From Streblomastix strix (Eukaryota), in NCBI GenBank assembly GCA_008636045.1, contig SNRW01000032.1:1-38326 (forward strand): a stretch of DNA of 38,326 nucleotides, in the 5' to 3' direction. The notes beneath the pieces were generated by a model that searched no databases, was not told the origin of the DNA, and saw nothing but the letters and a program-made list of their open reading frames with translations. The position numbers and the translations under genes were made by a program. Positions 14,029 through 26,214 of this stretch are shown here, piece by piece (position 1 is the first letter of the stretch; the number at the start of each line of letters is the position of its first letter).

Positions 14029-15192
14029 TCACTCAGACATCCTAGCCCTCTTCCTTGGATTAAGCGGTTATCCTTGTTTTACTTCTGGCAAATATTCAGT
14101 CAAAATGTTCTTAGCGATTTGATCTCCACTGAATTTCCCTGTATTCTTCTTTGCAATGCCCTTCAGTATCTCAACACTCCCAGATTCAAGTAAGTTCTTA
14201 ATTATTCCTTAAAATTCGCTCATTTCTTTCTTTGGCTCAATTTCTGCTTTTTTCCTTTTCTAAGGTTTTGTTTTCTCATTGATATCATCATCATCATCTT
14301 CTTATTCTTCTTTTAATTCTTCCTTCTTATTCACTTCATCAACATCATAATCATCTTCTTCTTCTCCAATCAATCTGCAGAAGCTAAGAGCTGATTCTAC
14401 ACTTGACAACATCTACTTTGCAAATTATGAACCAGATTATTCCATTGATGCTTTGACAATAGAAGATGCATATCCATATTTGTATGCAATTGAATCACGG
14501 AAGTGCCATTTGAAAGTATTTTGTCTAAACAACAACAATTAATAAATTGATAATATATAAGATTGAAAATATGAATACATGCCATATAGAAAGAAATATC
14601 TATCTATATTCATCTGGAATATTTGGGCTAATCACAGCTTCAAGAATCTTTGGATAGAAATCAGGGAATATTTATTCAATCTCTTATGCGAATATCCAAT
14701 CATTCTTCAGAAGAGTGTAGAACAGGTATGATGTGTTAATATTGACTCTATATGAATATGGAGGATCCTTCCTTGGATGTTATATACAGAAAGTGGCCAG
14801 ATCAATCCAGTATGCGAGAAATGAGACTAGTTTTGTTTGAAGATGTTTTTCAAGCAAATCTGGGTCGAAAGTTTCTCCTTCATCTGGATGATTATATATG
14901 AAATAATAAATATTAATATATAATAATATAATAATATACCATCTCCATATTTCCAAATGAGATTGACTGCTTTGACAGCATCTTTTAACTGTTCTTTCGT
15001 GAGAGGGAACTTTGGAATTTCAATCTGAGGATGTTAATGGAATAGATTAAATTAATTTAAATTAAATAATCATCCATAATAATAATATTTTTAAACTGCA
15101 ATTTCCTCTTCATTACTTTCTTATGAGTCGTCTTCACTTTATTTTTTATCTTTCTTACTCACTTTTTGACCCTTCTTGCCTTTCTTGGGCAT
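14029..15192 (-). CDS. Hypothetical ~325-aa protein, four exons, basic N-terminus (MPKKGKKGQK), acidic tract, NLS-like C-terminus (PRKRAR)
   Basis: ATG 15192; clean GT-AG introns 15096-15025 and 14939-14884; third intron (~14580-14524) is anomalous (see findings); last exon open to TGA 14029-14031. Confidence 0.65.
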
Positions 15193-15959
15193 TTTGAGTA
15201 TTACTATAACAAAATAAAATAGATACAATAATAAATTATAAATGAATATTAAATGAAGAATAAAATTATATTTAAAAATAAAGTGCGTTTTTGAAAATTT
15301 AGAGGAAAAAACATCACAAAGCTTATTAAAATTATTTAAAAATATTTCTATTTTGAAAAATATATTGTTAAATTATAAATTTTAATTTTCCGTATGATCA
15401 TAGTATATTTAAGAAATTATTGTAATAGCATCAGATGACTATCATTTATGTTAATAAAAAAAATTTAAATCATATATATAATGTATGCTGATTAAGTTTT
15501 TATTTGAATTTTAATTATAAAAAAAATCATAAAGACAGACAAGTTGTTGTTAAATAAATCAAATTCAAAAAATTCATCAAGGTAAAAATAAGGCAAAATA
15601 TGTTGAATGTTGATATACATATCAGCACAAGCAGGAAAAAATATTTGGTTGAGAAAAGAGATAAATAAAATCATAAAAAAATTTGATAAACAATCATAAT
15701 GTGCTTGTTCTGTAAAATTTATGTTAGTGGTTAATAAAATTAAATACTTCTTCAGAATATAGTTGGTTTGAAATAAAAATAAAAGGTATGGCTGAGTAAT
15801 ATTAAGAGAAAAATTCAAAATAATAAAACAAATTCTTTCTTCAAATTCCGGATTTCATGTAAATGTATATTATTAGTTATTATGTTATTGTATTAGTAAT
15901 ACTAATATTTATTTGATAAAATATTAATTATAAAATAAAAATTAAAGACAAGCACAAAA

Positions 15960-17584
15960 ATCAAAAATTCACTCAAATTATAACCATATTGAACTTATTT
16001 CAAAACTCTTTATCCATAAGGTTAAAAGATTATGTGGAATATCATTAAATAAATCTGTTAAAATCCATAATTTCTGTTCATCATTTATCTATTTCTTTTA
16101 ATAATTATTCTGAAGAATTGTGATTAAATTGTGCTGTGTAAACAAGTTCAATCAATTCATCTGTTCTAAAATTTGGGCAAGATACATGAAACAAATATAA
16201 ACGTTTTAATTCTCGAAGTGTAATGGAATCTCGTTCTGATATAGTTCCTGTTTCACGTTCAAGGATTTCAGAAGCTTTATTATGAGCATTCATAATCTTT
16301 GTCAATGCTGCTGGAGATATGTTAGAGTTCTTTGGTTCAGTAAGAATCGATTCAGATAATGCTTTGAGTTCGATTTTGTTGAATGGTATAAGTGTAAGGA
16401 AGTGTGAAGATCCTTGAAGTTTAGTGCTTAACGAAGATTTAGCATTGGAAAGTGCAGCACTATTCATAGTTGCAACAATAATTATCGGTTTATGTTCAAT
16501 TTCTATACCATTGGGTAACAGATATCGATTGCTATTACCCATTTCCAATATAAATGATTCAATAACTTCCAATAAATGAGGTTCTGCAAGAATCATTTCA
16601 TCAATAAGAATAGATTGAGTGGGTAAATCATTATCAGATGTATCATCTGCACTCAATCTCATAGCATAAGTCAGAGGACTATCAACAAATTGTGTAGTGA
16701 ATACACCATCTTATTTAGTCTAAGGCATATCTCAACAAAAAAGATCTTCAATCGTTGTAGTTGGAGAAAGATTAATTCTTGTGCAACATAATCCCAACGT
16801 TTGTAAAACTTTATAAGCAATAATTGTCTTACCACGTCCTGGTGATCCTTCAAAGATTGTTATTGTCTTAGCTACAATTGCTGTAAGTATTGCATCTGCC
16901 ATATCAACAGCACTACCAGTCCAAATTATTGATTTAACAAAATCAATTGATGCTTTTTCACCAACACGAAGACTAATTCCACTTGTTTTGCATTTCAATA
17001 TTTATTGTCCAGATGAAGATCCTTCATGTACTAGTGACAGTGGACATTATAATTTAGGTTTTCTTTCGGTGTTAGTAACAACAATAAAATTTAGATGTGA
17101 AAGAATATATTGTTAAACAATATCTTTTGTAATACGTCGTCGATCATTATTATTAACAAATTCATTCTATTCAATATTTTCATATATTATTGGTATGATT
17201 TTGTATAAATACTTGTAAAACGTGATAGAATTGGTCCAGATAAACTCATTCTTCCAGTTTCTGTTGTAGTTGCAGCTAATGAAAATCCAATGTTGATTGG
17301 AACCGATCTTGATTTTGATTAATTTACTTCTTTCAATATTTTCTCATCACTAAATATCTATTATATGTCTTCAATAACTACCAATGAAAGTGGATCTTCG
17401 AGAAGTGAATTTAATCGTTCAATTACAGAAGTTGGTGGAAGATGTATAGATCTCAGTATAAGTGGAATACCAAGAACAGCAGATCTCATTAAAATACTTG
17501 GAGCAAATGACATGCATACTTCAACATCATTTGAAGTAACATCTTGAGAAGATATAAATATTGATTAAGATAAAGATTATTATA

Positions 17585-17635
<51 letters not shown>

Positions 17636-17848
17636 TTAATGTTTATTTATTAGACAATGATTGTTATTAAGCAGATTGCTTATTTTGATTTGGATTTTAT
17701 TCTTAACTCATTTTCTATTTTTATTTTTCTTCTTTCAACTTTTTGAGTGATATTACAATTTTTTATCCAAATTCAATTTCATTATGATTTTTTATTTATG
17801 AAGATTATTTAATTTAATTTGAGTTTGATTAATAAGAAGAAGAATCAT
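15960..17848 (-). pseudogene. Midasin/MoxR-like multi-AAA+ ATPase fragment
   Basis: Walker A IFEGSPGRGKT, RINLSPTTTIEDLF, Walker B ILIDEM, sensor-1 IVATMN, sensor-2 TLRELKR, and an upstream AAA module tail (VIERLNSLLE...LSGPILSRF). Split by frameshifts and stops; no start or end. Confidence 0.75.
17585..17635. repeat. (ATT)n microsatellite, ~17 units
   Basis: Directly visible; would encode poly-Asn on the minus strand within the AAA fragment. Confidence 0.9.
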
Positions 17849-20800
17849 TAAATATCGTCAATAATGAAATGAAAATCATCAATGAGAAGCCATAAATAAT
17901 AATTATTGAATTACATGAATTATCCATGAGTCGATGATAAATTTGTTAGTTTTCGTTCAATTTTATCGTGCTACATATTATTTTTCAGCAGCAGATTATA
18001 CATGTATGACCCTAACGTTTTCAATTCAGTCTTAATATTTATGTTTCTTAATATTGGATGAAAATTATTGAAATCATTTATATGTTATTCGTCGATGTGT
18101 CCTTTAACAACTGCGATAAATAGCTGCATTCCTTCAACGTCATTAAATCGCAGAGGATTATAAATTAAATTTCTTGCTGTATATTTATCAGTAATTTTAT
18201 CCAATATTTAACCTGCTTTATAAATAATTTATTATCTGTAAATTTAATGAACTTATGCGGCTCTGAGCTCATAACGCTGGGATATTAACAATTGAAATCA
18301 AGCGTTAAAAGATGGATCATAGTGTAGTCTGTGTCTTAGCTGATGACTTTTCCGTTAAAAAATTTTAATTAATTTATTTTAGTTTCACCTGCTACATTAT
18401 ATCTATGCATGACTTACGATAATCTGTCAGTGATTCCAGAACGTAAAATCTTATAAATTTCCTCTTCGATTATTATCATTGTAAGCGATTTCTGGAGCCA
18501 GAAATTCTTTAATTATATTACTAATCTTATTAAATTTTCATCTTTATTTGACTTAAATTTATTACAGAATAAACAGCATAGTTTTATGCTATCTGCAGAA
18601 TGACCCTTGTCATTGTTGATTCTGTCTAATGTTGGAGGATTCTTGCTTGTGAATCGTACCTTGCATATGTGGAATCCTGTCGATAGAAATAATTTTCTAT
18701 AGAACGCACATTCTGATTCTTTGATGTTGTTTCTCGTGTCTCTATTTCTTTTTTATCTTATACAAGATAATTTTAAACTTTAATGTTCCAATAATTTTAT
18801 GTCAAAATAAATGAGGCATAATCATCTTTTGGCGTATAATCTTAATTCAGTTTGAAATACCAATAAGCAAGAGCATATTTGATAGCATTGGCGCATGCTG
18901 ACATTGACATAAACTGCAACATATCAATTTTATAATTGAAGAACTTATCAATTAAATAATCAAGGAGCTTAATCATCAGGCGGGTATCTTCAAGGTTATA
19001 GTGTCGAGAGTAATCCCATCTGTTCGAAAATTACTAAGCAACAACCAAATAATTTTGATACTTAATAGTGCTGATGTTTTTATTTTTAATTGTGTTATTA
19101 AATTCTTCCTAGGGAAATGATTCTGAATTATCAAGCTTTTAAACATAATTGTTATAGTTGATGAATTTATAAGGAAATTTTAATTTGGTTGGTATTGAGC
19201 ACTGATTCAATTCAGCCGCAGGCGGAGTCTTCGACATAACGTTTTACGTTGCTTACGTTTCCATTGATTTAGGCGTGATATCTTTTATGAATTATTTTAA
19301 TTTCATTTTTGTAGAATAAATCATCGCATCAATGAACCTCAATTTAATTCCTGATATGTTATGCTTAACAATGATTTATTTAGCGTTTGAACCACTACCA
19401 AGATATTTAATGATTTGCCATTCGTCGCTTTATAAATTTTTAAGAATTAGAACAACATCGAACTTTGAAGAATTGAACCCAATTACTGGAACCTCATAAT
19501 GCTATGGTATCATCTCATCTTCATATTTGTTTGATTCAATAACTTTTCGGGCTTCCTTAAACAATTATTTAATCCATACATTAATAAAATTAGGGGTTTG
19601 TATATCAAAATAAATCGAATAAATTTAATCAACAGAACTAACTTCATCCACTTCGATTTTTTTATTTTTTATTTTTATTGTGCTTGCAATCGATAGAGGT
19701 TCAAGTATTGAAAGTTATGTTGAATTATCACCAAATTATTCATTAGCGATTCTTTCAACGGTTTCAATATCATATGTTATATAGTATTTAGTAGGTTTAA
19801 ATTCATCCTCTCGACCATGTGCCAGAAGATATTTATAGCTAACATTATTCAATATATGTGGAACGTATGGCCTTGGAAATTTTTCTAAATATACTTTCTT
19901 TATTATCTTTTCTCCATTTTTTTAACATTTTTATTTGTGCCTTTTTAGTTTTGATTATAAATTTGAGTCTCTTGTCTTTTAAGCCTGCTCATCACAGATA
20001 GGACAATATTTTAAACCAGTCAGTGCCTCAACATCGTTAATATAAAAAACGTGAGCTATTTGTATTTCGTTTATTGTGTCAGTAATTAAAAAAACATTAA
20101 ATTCTTTTGTTTATTCGTTCTGTTCGTTTCTTCTATATTACTTCTATCAATAATAACTTCTCGAAGTGCTACCAGTTTCTGCCGTTGTATCTTCATAATC
20201 AAACACATTTATATTTAAATTATCGTTCTAAACAAACTAATCAGCTTCTGTAGCAAAATTAAACTTTTGATAATTTTCATCGATTTTCTTGCCATATATT
20301 CTTTAAAATAATCGTTTAGCTTCGGCAATACGTGATTGTTCCTTATAACGTTTCGCCGCCACTGAACCTTTTGCCTTAATGTCTGGTAACGTAATAAATG
20401 AATATACTAGAAAGAAACATAAATTTTAATTATTTTTCTCAGGGTCAATATATCGAATCTCTCGCCTCATAATGTGCTTCTTTAATGATGATATTGTTCG
20501 ACCACCGCCAGCGCTTGCATGTGGTAGTCTGAATACTTAAATCATTATGGAAAAAATTCCTATTATTTTCTCTTTGGTGTCCATAATGGTTTTCTCTTAC
20601 ATTTGAATTATGTGGTTTCTAATGAATCTTTTATATTCCGATAGATCCATTTAGTTGCGTATGGTTATCGGTGCTCTCATCTCTGTTCTAGTTTCAAAGG
20701 GATTATTACTTTTATACATTATTTATTAATCGTTTTCTTAGCCATCGACTCGTTCAATAATCACTCCAAAATCAAATGCAATTTTGAATGCAAATTTTTA

Positions 20801-21865
20801 TTCTCGATAATATATTTCATCTAAATAAACATCAACATCTTCAATCGTTTTCAAATCATTTTTGCGATATTCTTTTGTGGGGCTGATAATATGAACATAA
20901 AATGGGTCATATTTGACGTGTTAATTTTATATATGCTTTCGCTTAAAATTTATTCTTCTTTCATATTCTTATTCGAGTTGTGGCTTACATAACATAATCG
21001 TACTCTATAGGACGTTAAGAGCATCAATTGGCCTAAAAATCTTGCCCTCATTTTCTTCATTAAATTATTTTATTTCATCTTTAAAATTTTTAAATACATC
21101 CTCATTTTATTTTTATTTAAGGTTTATTTTTTATTCATAAATTTCTTTTAATAAATTTGCATGACTGACTCGTATATCTTCCATTATATGCTCCCATTAT
21201 TAACTGTATTGTTGGCACTATTCGTCTTAAGTGTTCATTTGCTATATGTTATTCAATTCTTGCATAAATTATTTAGCGTAAGCATCACCGATAATTTATT
21301 CGTTTTGAAGGCTTTATTGAATGTCTTATCTGATTCGTCTTGCAAAAGGTTCTGATTATAATATTGCACTTCGAACTATATCTCTATTGTTTCTACTTTG
21401 ATTTAAACCGATTCTATCTAAAATTTATGAAAATTATGACCTCAATTCATTAATGTTTATTTTCTATTATATTTCAGGGTCACATAAAATCATTAATTCT
21501 CTTATAACACTTTGAGTTAATTTTTTAGGCCTTAAATCCACTTGATAATCAGCCTGCACATCGTGAGCTCCACCTTATTCGGGTTCAGGTGAGCCTTCGG
21601 CAGGTTAATAATTATGTGCTTACATTTACGAAATATAATTCTGCATTTATATCAATTATTATTGCCGTTGCTCCATTTATATTTCAGGCGATAGTTAATA
21701 ATTACGTGCATACATTTACGTATTATAGTCCTACATTTAAGTCATTTATTATTATGTTTATCTAGGCGATTAATTAAGTGGTAATAGCTCTGGTAGTTCT
21801 TGAATCGTAGGCACAATCGGCGGCGTACGTCGTATTTATGAGTCTTACCCCTATTTATCTGCCAT
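17849..21865 (-). pseudogene. Protein-primed family B DNA polymerase (pPolB), C-terminally truncated
   Basis: ATG 21865, Q-rich N-terminus, CPIC...H...C Zn motif, ExoI YITYDIETVE (~19770), ExoII GFNSSKFD, LRFIDAM, KFPY, ExoIII YNLEDT, polymerase motif A LDFNCQYPSVM (~18270-18300). In-frame TGA at 20147-20149 and homopolymer frameshift at ~18750. Ends before motifs B and C. Confidence 0.85.
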
Positions 21866-21904
21866 TTATTAAAAATAAAAATAAAAAAAAATACATAAAT
21901 AAAT

Positions 21905-21951
21905 TGGATTGTTGGGTGGATTGGGTGGATTGGGTGGATTGGGTGGATTGG
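21905..21951. repeat. 9-bp tandem array (TTGGGTGGA)x4 plus partial copies, upstream of pPolB
   Basis: Directly visible; reads (CCAATCCAC)n on the pPolB coding strand. Confidence 0.9.
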
Positions 21952-22007
21952 TTCATAAAACAAGAACGAAAAGCATCATTTTGGCACGCATAAATGGAAC
22001 CGTTTAA

Positions 22008-22123
22008 GAATGACTTTTGAATGCACCGAGTGCATCGAGTGCATCGAGTCAGAAACTTTTATAAAAAGCTGTGGCCAACTGGCCAACTGGCCAATAAATG
22101 ATAAAACATTAATAAAAATAAAT
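22008..22123 (+). repeat. Composite repeat copy 1
   Basis: GAATGACTTTTGAATGCACCGAGTGCATCGAGTGCATCGAGTCAGAAACTTTTATAAAAAGCTGTGGCCAACTGGCCAACTGGCCAATAAATGATAAAACATTAA. Confidence 0.95.
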
Positions 22124-22131
22124 CTCCTAAA

Positions 22132-23225
22132 TCATTTTCTATTTTAAACGAACTTTTATTTAGCTAAGTAATAACCACCTATTTATTGCTATCTCTATTT
22201 TTGCATTTGACCAAAATATTACATGGCTTATCCAAGTGCTTCCTTAATTCTAGCATCGACATCTTCGACTTGATATGGTTGAGTAATAACGGCTGGCAAT
22301 TTTTTCTTATACAATCTTTTATCAAGAGGCAAGTATTCGTAATCTCCTTTTTATATATTAACTTTATTGCTTCTGTTATATATGTCTATTTTTCCGTCAT
22401 ATCTTTCTAATATTTTTTACAGCAGGAATAATAAGAACTGAATTCCAAACAGATGCCATTCTTTATTGTTTTTGTTGCCATTGGCAATTTTGCGCCTCCA
22501 TTTTGTTCTCTGACTTTTTTGGCATTGGTAGTAAATGCTTTGAAACTATAATTTTTTTATTTCTCTTACTTTATACTGCTTAGTCATTGATAGCCATTTC
22601 ATCTAAGGGCCGCCATTTATACCAGATGCTTTAAATTTGCAGCCAATGCAGCTCGTTGTAAATCATTATCATCCGAATAATATTATTTCTTCCAATTTCT
22701 TTTATGTTGATGTTCTGGGTCCCCAAATCCTACTGCTGTTGTATAACCATCGACTGAATAAATTGTGTTCTTTTTTTATCAAAAAACAACCACATTATCG
22801 TGAATAGCTTGATTATCGTCAAAGTCTTATTTCAATTCACTAAATCGTTTACCTAAATGTTTATCATTTAAATATTTTTGAGCACTGACCGCAGACGATA
22901 ACCTATTAAGTTTCTTAATATCTCTGTTTAAATAACCAACGAGTGTAGCAAGGACATCCTCCGTCTCCTCTCTAAATTATGGACCTGCATGCTTTCTTGT
23001 TCTTTGAATCATACTGAGATGGAACGGTAGCCTACCAAACGGTTTTGTTTGTGATTTCATTCTGTCCTATCTTGTAGCTTGTGATTCATAATAATCATAA
23101 TCATCATCCATTCCATCAACTTCCATCAAACATTAACCACCTGCTCCACAAGTACCTTAGCTTTTTTCAGCTTCAAATTCATCTCTTACTTCTTTTTAAA
23201 GTGCATTGAAATCTATTTCCGACAT
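22132..23225 (-). pseudogene. Viral hypothetical protein (~360 aa) with frameshifts
   Basis: ATG 23225 (MSEIDFNALQKEVRDEFEAEK...) to TGA 22132-22134 (...GGYYLAKQKFVQNRK); frameshift in a homopolymer run at ~22780 and probably others. Confidence 0.6.
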
Positions 23226-23264
23226 TCTATTTCTTATCGATAAAAAAAGATTTATATAATAAAA

Positions 23265-24052
23265 ATGGCGAGTTTAACATAAAAAGTTGATAACATTTTA
23301 AAGGAAATAAAAGTGAATAAGCACTAAGTTTAAACAATTTTTCATAAAAAATTTAATTTTATATATAACTCTGAAAATTTATTGATAGGTTAGCGTGGGA
23401 GTGGTCAAACGTATAATATCTTCAAAGAATTAATAAAATTAAGTTAATAAAAAAAACATTTTTATACACTATTCATATACGTCAGCGACTATAGTAATGA
23501 CACTGCTTATAAAAAGATGAAGGATTTAATTAAAATTCCTACAAAAGTTATTCCATTTGCCGAAACGGATTAAGTGCTGAATGATTTGATAGAATGTAAG
23601 TAGGCTTATGATGAAATATAAGAAAAATAATTATAAAAAGAGCTAACGATAGAATCAAAAATGATATATTAACCAATGAATTCGGAGCAAGTGGAGAAAG
23701 TAATTTTAACGTAAAATTTCCTCATACAATTGTTCTATTTGACGATGCAATGTGTATATTTAAAAATAAAAATAATCCACTGTCTAAAAAGTTATTTAAG
23801 AACAAATAGCCCAGAATAACATACTTTCTTTGTTTATAGGACATCATTGGTTTAGATGCTGCGATTAAATCAAATCTTGATTCATTATGGTTCTTCGGTT
23901 CACTTTACAGATTAAAATTTAAATAATTTTTCTATTAATCTTCAATACCATCAGATAAAGAAACAATATGGTATGAGTATGTTCGACTAACTAAATAATA
24001 AGCATTAGTGGTATAATATGAAATGAGTGGAACAGTTGTAAAAATAATCTGA
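23265..24052 (+). pseudogene. A32/FtsK-HerA-type genome packaging ATPase
   Basis: LLIGQRGSGQT (Walker A, K replaced by Q), HTIVLFDDA (Walker B), KNKQPRITYFLCLQ and IKSN at the positions of the A32 RH...Q and R-finger motifs. 788 nt, with a one-base deletion near 23660. Confidence 0.8.
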
Positions 24053-24072
24053 AAATATTTGAAATAAGCAAA

Positions 24073-24171
24073 TATTTATTTTTCTCAATTATTGGCCAGT
24101 TGGCCACAGCTTTTTATAAAAGTTTTTGACTCGATACACTCGATGCACTCGGAGCAGGAAAAAGACATTCA
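24073..24171 (-). repeat. Composite repeat copy 2 (inverted relative to copy 1; two TGGCCA units)
   Basis: TTTCTCAATTATTGGCCAGTTGGCCACAGCTTTTTATAAAAGTTTTTGACTCGATACACTCGATGCACTCGGAGCA is the near reverse complement of copy 1. Confidence 0.95.
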
Positions 24172-24229
24172 TTTCAACGCTTAAACCAAATTGTTCAGAA
24201 CATCCAAAAACTAGTCTAATTTATACTCA

Positions 24230-24577
24230 ATCCTATTCAATTAATCTTTGGCACAAGTTCTTATACATACTTGACCTTCTACTTTTGATAATTTATAGCT
24301 TTCCAATTTATTTAGTTTATTTAGTTTTAACGTTGTTAGTTTAGATAATTTTTAATAATTTTAGGAAATAAATTATTTGAAGTCGTTTAAGTTCTCAAAA
24401 TATTTATGTCCGTCATTCTAACCTTCGACCCCCTTCTCGAAGGGAATTTCTTCTTATTCATCCGTTTCAATTTATAATTTAGAAGTAAATTAATTGTTTT
24501 TTCTATTGTCGAACAATATTCTTTCCAGTTTATTTCTACAAAAATAAATAAAATTATTGTTCAAATTTATTATTCAT
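24230..24577 (-). pseudogene. Small viral hypothetical ORF, frameshifted
   Basis: Coding-like frame IETDEQEEIPFEKGVEGQNDGHKYFENLNDFKQFI...LIEQD*; start uncertain. Confidence 0.3.
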
Positions 24578-25420
24578 GTTATGTATTCAAATATTCCTTT
24601 ATCATATCTATAACATCATCAGTTAAATCTTCATTGAATATATATTTGGTTCCTATAAATTAAATACCTATCTTATTTTTACTTAAATTATCTTTATGGC
24701 TTCATTTTTAGTCATAGCAATATATTCTTAGTTATAGTATAACAATGCATCTTTTAATTCTTGCATCAATTTTCGACTAATCCATTTCATATTTCTTCTT
24801 CGAACTTCTAATATTGTATTATTTTTATCATCAACTTCTATATATTGAACTGCTAATACATAAGCTGTTTCTTTGCCTTATGGAACAACTCTTAGTTTCA
24901 ATTGATTTATTTCATTATCTTTTTCATTAATTATTATTCTATATTCATCTATAACTAACTTAACTTATTCGTTTGCAATATCTGCCATGGATGTCTAATC
25001 ATCTTATTAATATACTTCTTGGTAAGCGACTTATACGCATTCATTAATTACATCCATTATCTCACTAACAACTGATGCATATTTTGGAGATGCTTATATT
25101 GCAATATAATTTATTAATTTTGGATGAACATATAATCCTCTAAATTCAACTGAATATGTGCTGTTTTGCTCTATAAAAGTCTAGGAACTATTTTTTGTTG
25201 GTAGAGTTTCCGTATATAATTATGTAAAGTACTTATAATATTCATCCCTATTTTTTTATTTAAATAGCTAATTCAATCTACTTTACCCGTTCTTTTTTAT
25301 TTATACAACCATTTTTGAAGCATTAATATATCCATCTGAATTCCTAGCAATGATTTAAATTCTAATTTATGATGTTTTGAAAAATTTTTCTTTACCATTG
25401 ATACTTACTGATGACTCCAT
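24561..25420 (-). pseudogene. KilA-N domain protein
   Basis: IIARNSDGYINASKMV and FRGLYVHPKLINYIAIQASPKYASVVSEIMD match the KilA-N DGYINATK and GTYVHP..A.W.SP.F motifs; frameshifts present. Confidence 0.85.
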
Positions 25421-25464
25421 TTTATATGCTGATAAAAAGTTGAATTTATATAAAAATAAATCGA

Positions 25465-25593
25465 TTATTTTTCGTTAGCTGAAATTCAGCCTATACTTTA
25501 TTTGAACATTAACGGATACGCCTTTTTTGAGGCGGACCCAAAAGCACGAGTATTTTTATCTTATTTTTCGTTGGCTGAAATTCAGCCGACGAA
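25465..25593. promoter_or_regulatory. Pair of palindromic operator-like sites (GCTGAAATTCAGC) upstream of KilA-N
   Basis: 27-bp direct repeat TTATTTTTCGTTRGCTGAAATTCAGCC at 25465 and 25561; the second copy extends to the near-perfect inverted repeat TTCGTTGGCTGAAATTCAGCCGACGAA. Regulatory role is inferred. Confidence 0.5.
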
Positions 25594-25689
25594 TTAGCCC
25601 GATGATTTGAGCAAAAATATACGCGTCAATGAGCCCGTTGGAATTCCCACGAGCTGGTTCGCATTAGTTCATTGGGCTAATTCACCCCA

Positions 25690-26079
25690 TCAACTATTTT
25701 AGTATTCCAGCATCAACTCAGGAACAAATTTTAAAGACTAATTTATATCCAATAGTTCTTAATTGTAACGGAACCATACATATAAATTTCTGTTGTGGTA
25801 ATATTGGATGAAAGGCTTATAAACACGTTATTCATTATAGTAGCCTACAAATTAATCGAAATATTGTTCTTCTTAAACCATCGAACTATGAACAGAAATG
25901 CCCTCTTTAGCACCTCAGTTTGAACAATGACATTAGCAGAATATTATTTTTCTTTAATTATCTGAATTTACAAACGCGTATGGTAATACAAAACCAACTC
26001 CATTTTAACCATTTTCTCCGATAACAACTCCATCGTCTTATGTTAAAATGTAATATTTTAAGTTTTTTGCCGAAGTCAT
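25690..26079 (-). pseudogene. Small beta-rich viral protein, candidate minor capsid (penton-like) protein
   Basis: MTSAKNLKYYIL...GFVLPYAFVNS...ISVHSSMVQEEQYFDQFVGYYN...LYVWFRY...KFVPELMLEY. Lies directly downstream of the MCP candidate; one TGA and one frameshift. Function inferred from position and composition. Confidence 0.45.
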
Positions 26080-26214
26080 ATTTGAAGCTATTTATTATAA
26101 AATAAATAAAAAATAATTAATGGGTATATAACCAATGACCTATTTAATTAACCATATTATTAATGTTTAGATGTTAGTTTTATATAAATAAAAAATTAAA
26201 AATGTTCAAATATT

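Noticed and set aside
15492..15818. 108-aa hydrophobic track ORF
   Set aside because: F/I/L/N composition expected from AT-rich non-coding or antisense sequence; no support.
21742..21963. Track ORF with PIHPIH repeats
   Set aside because: Translation of the 9-bp tandem array, overlapping the pPolB start in another frame.
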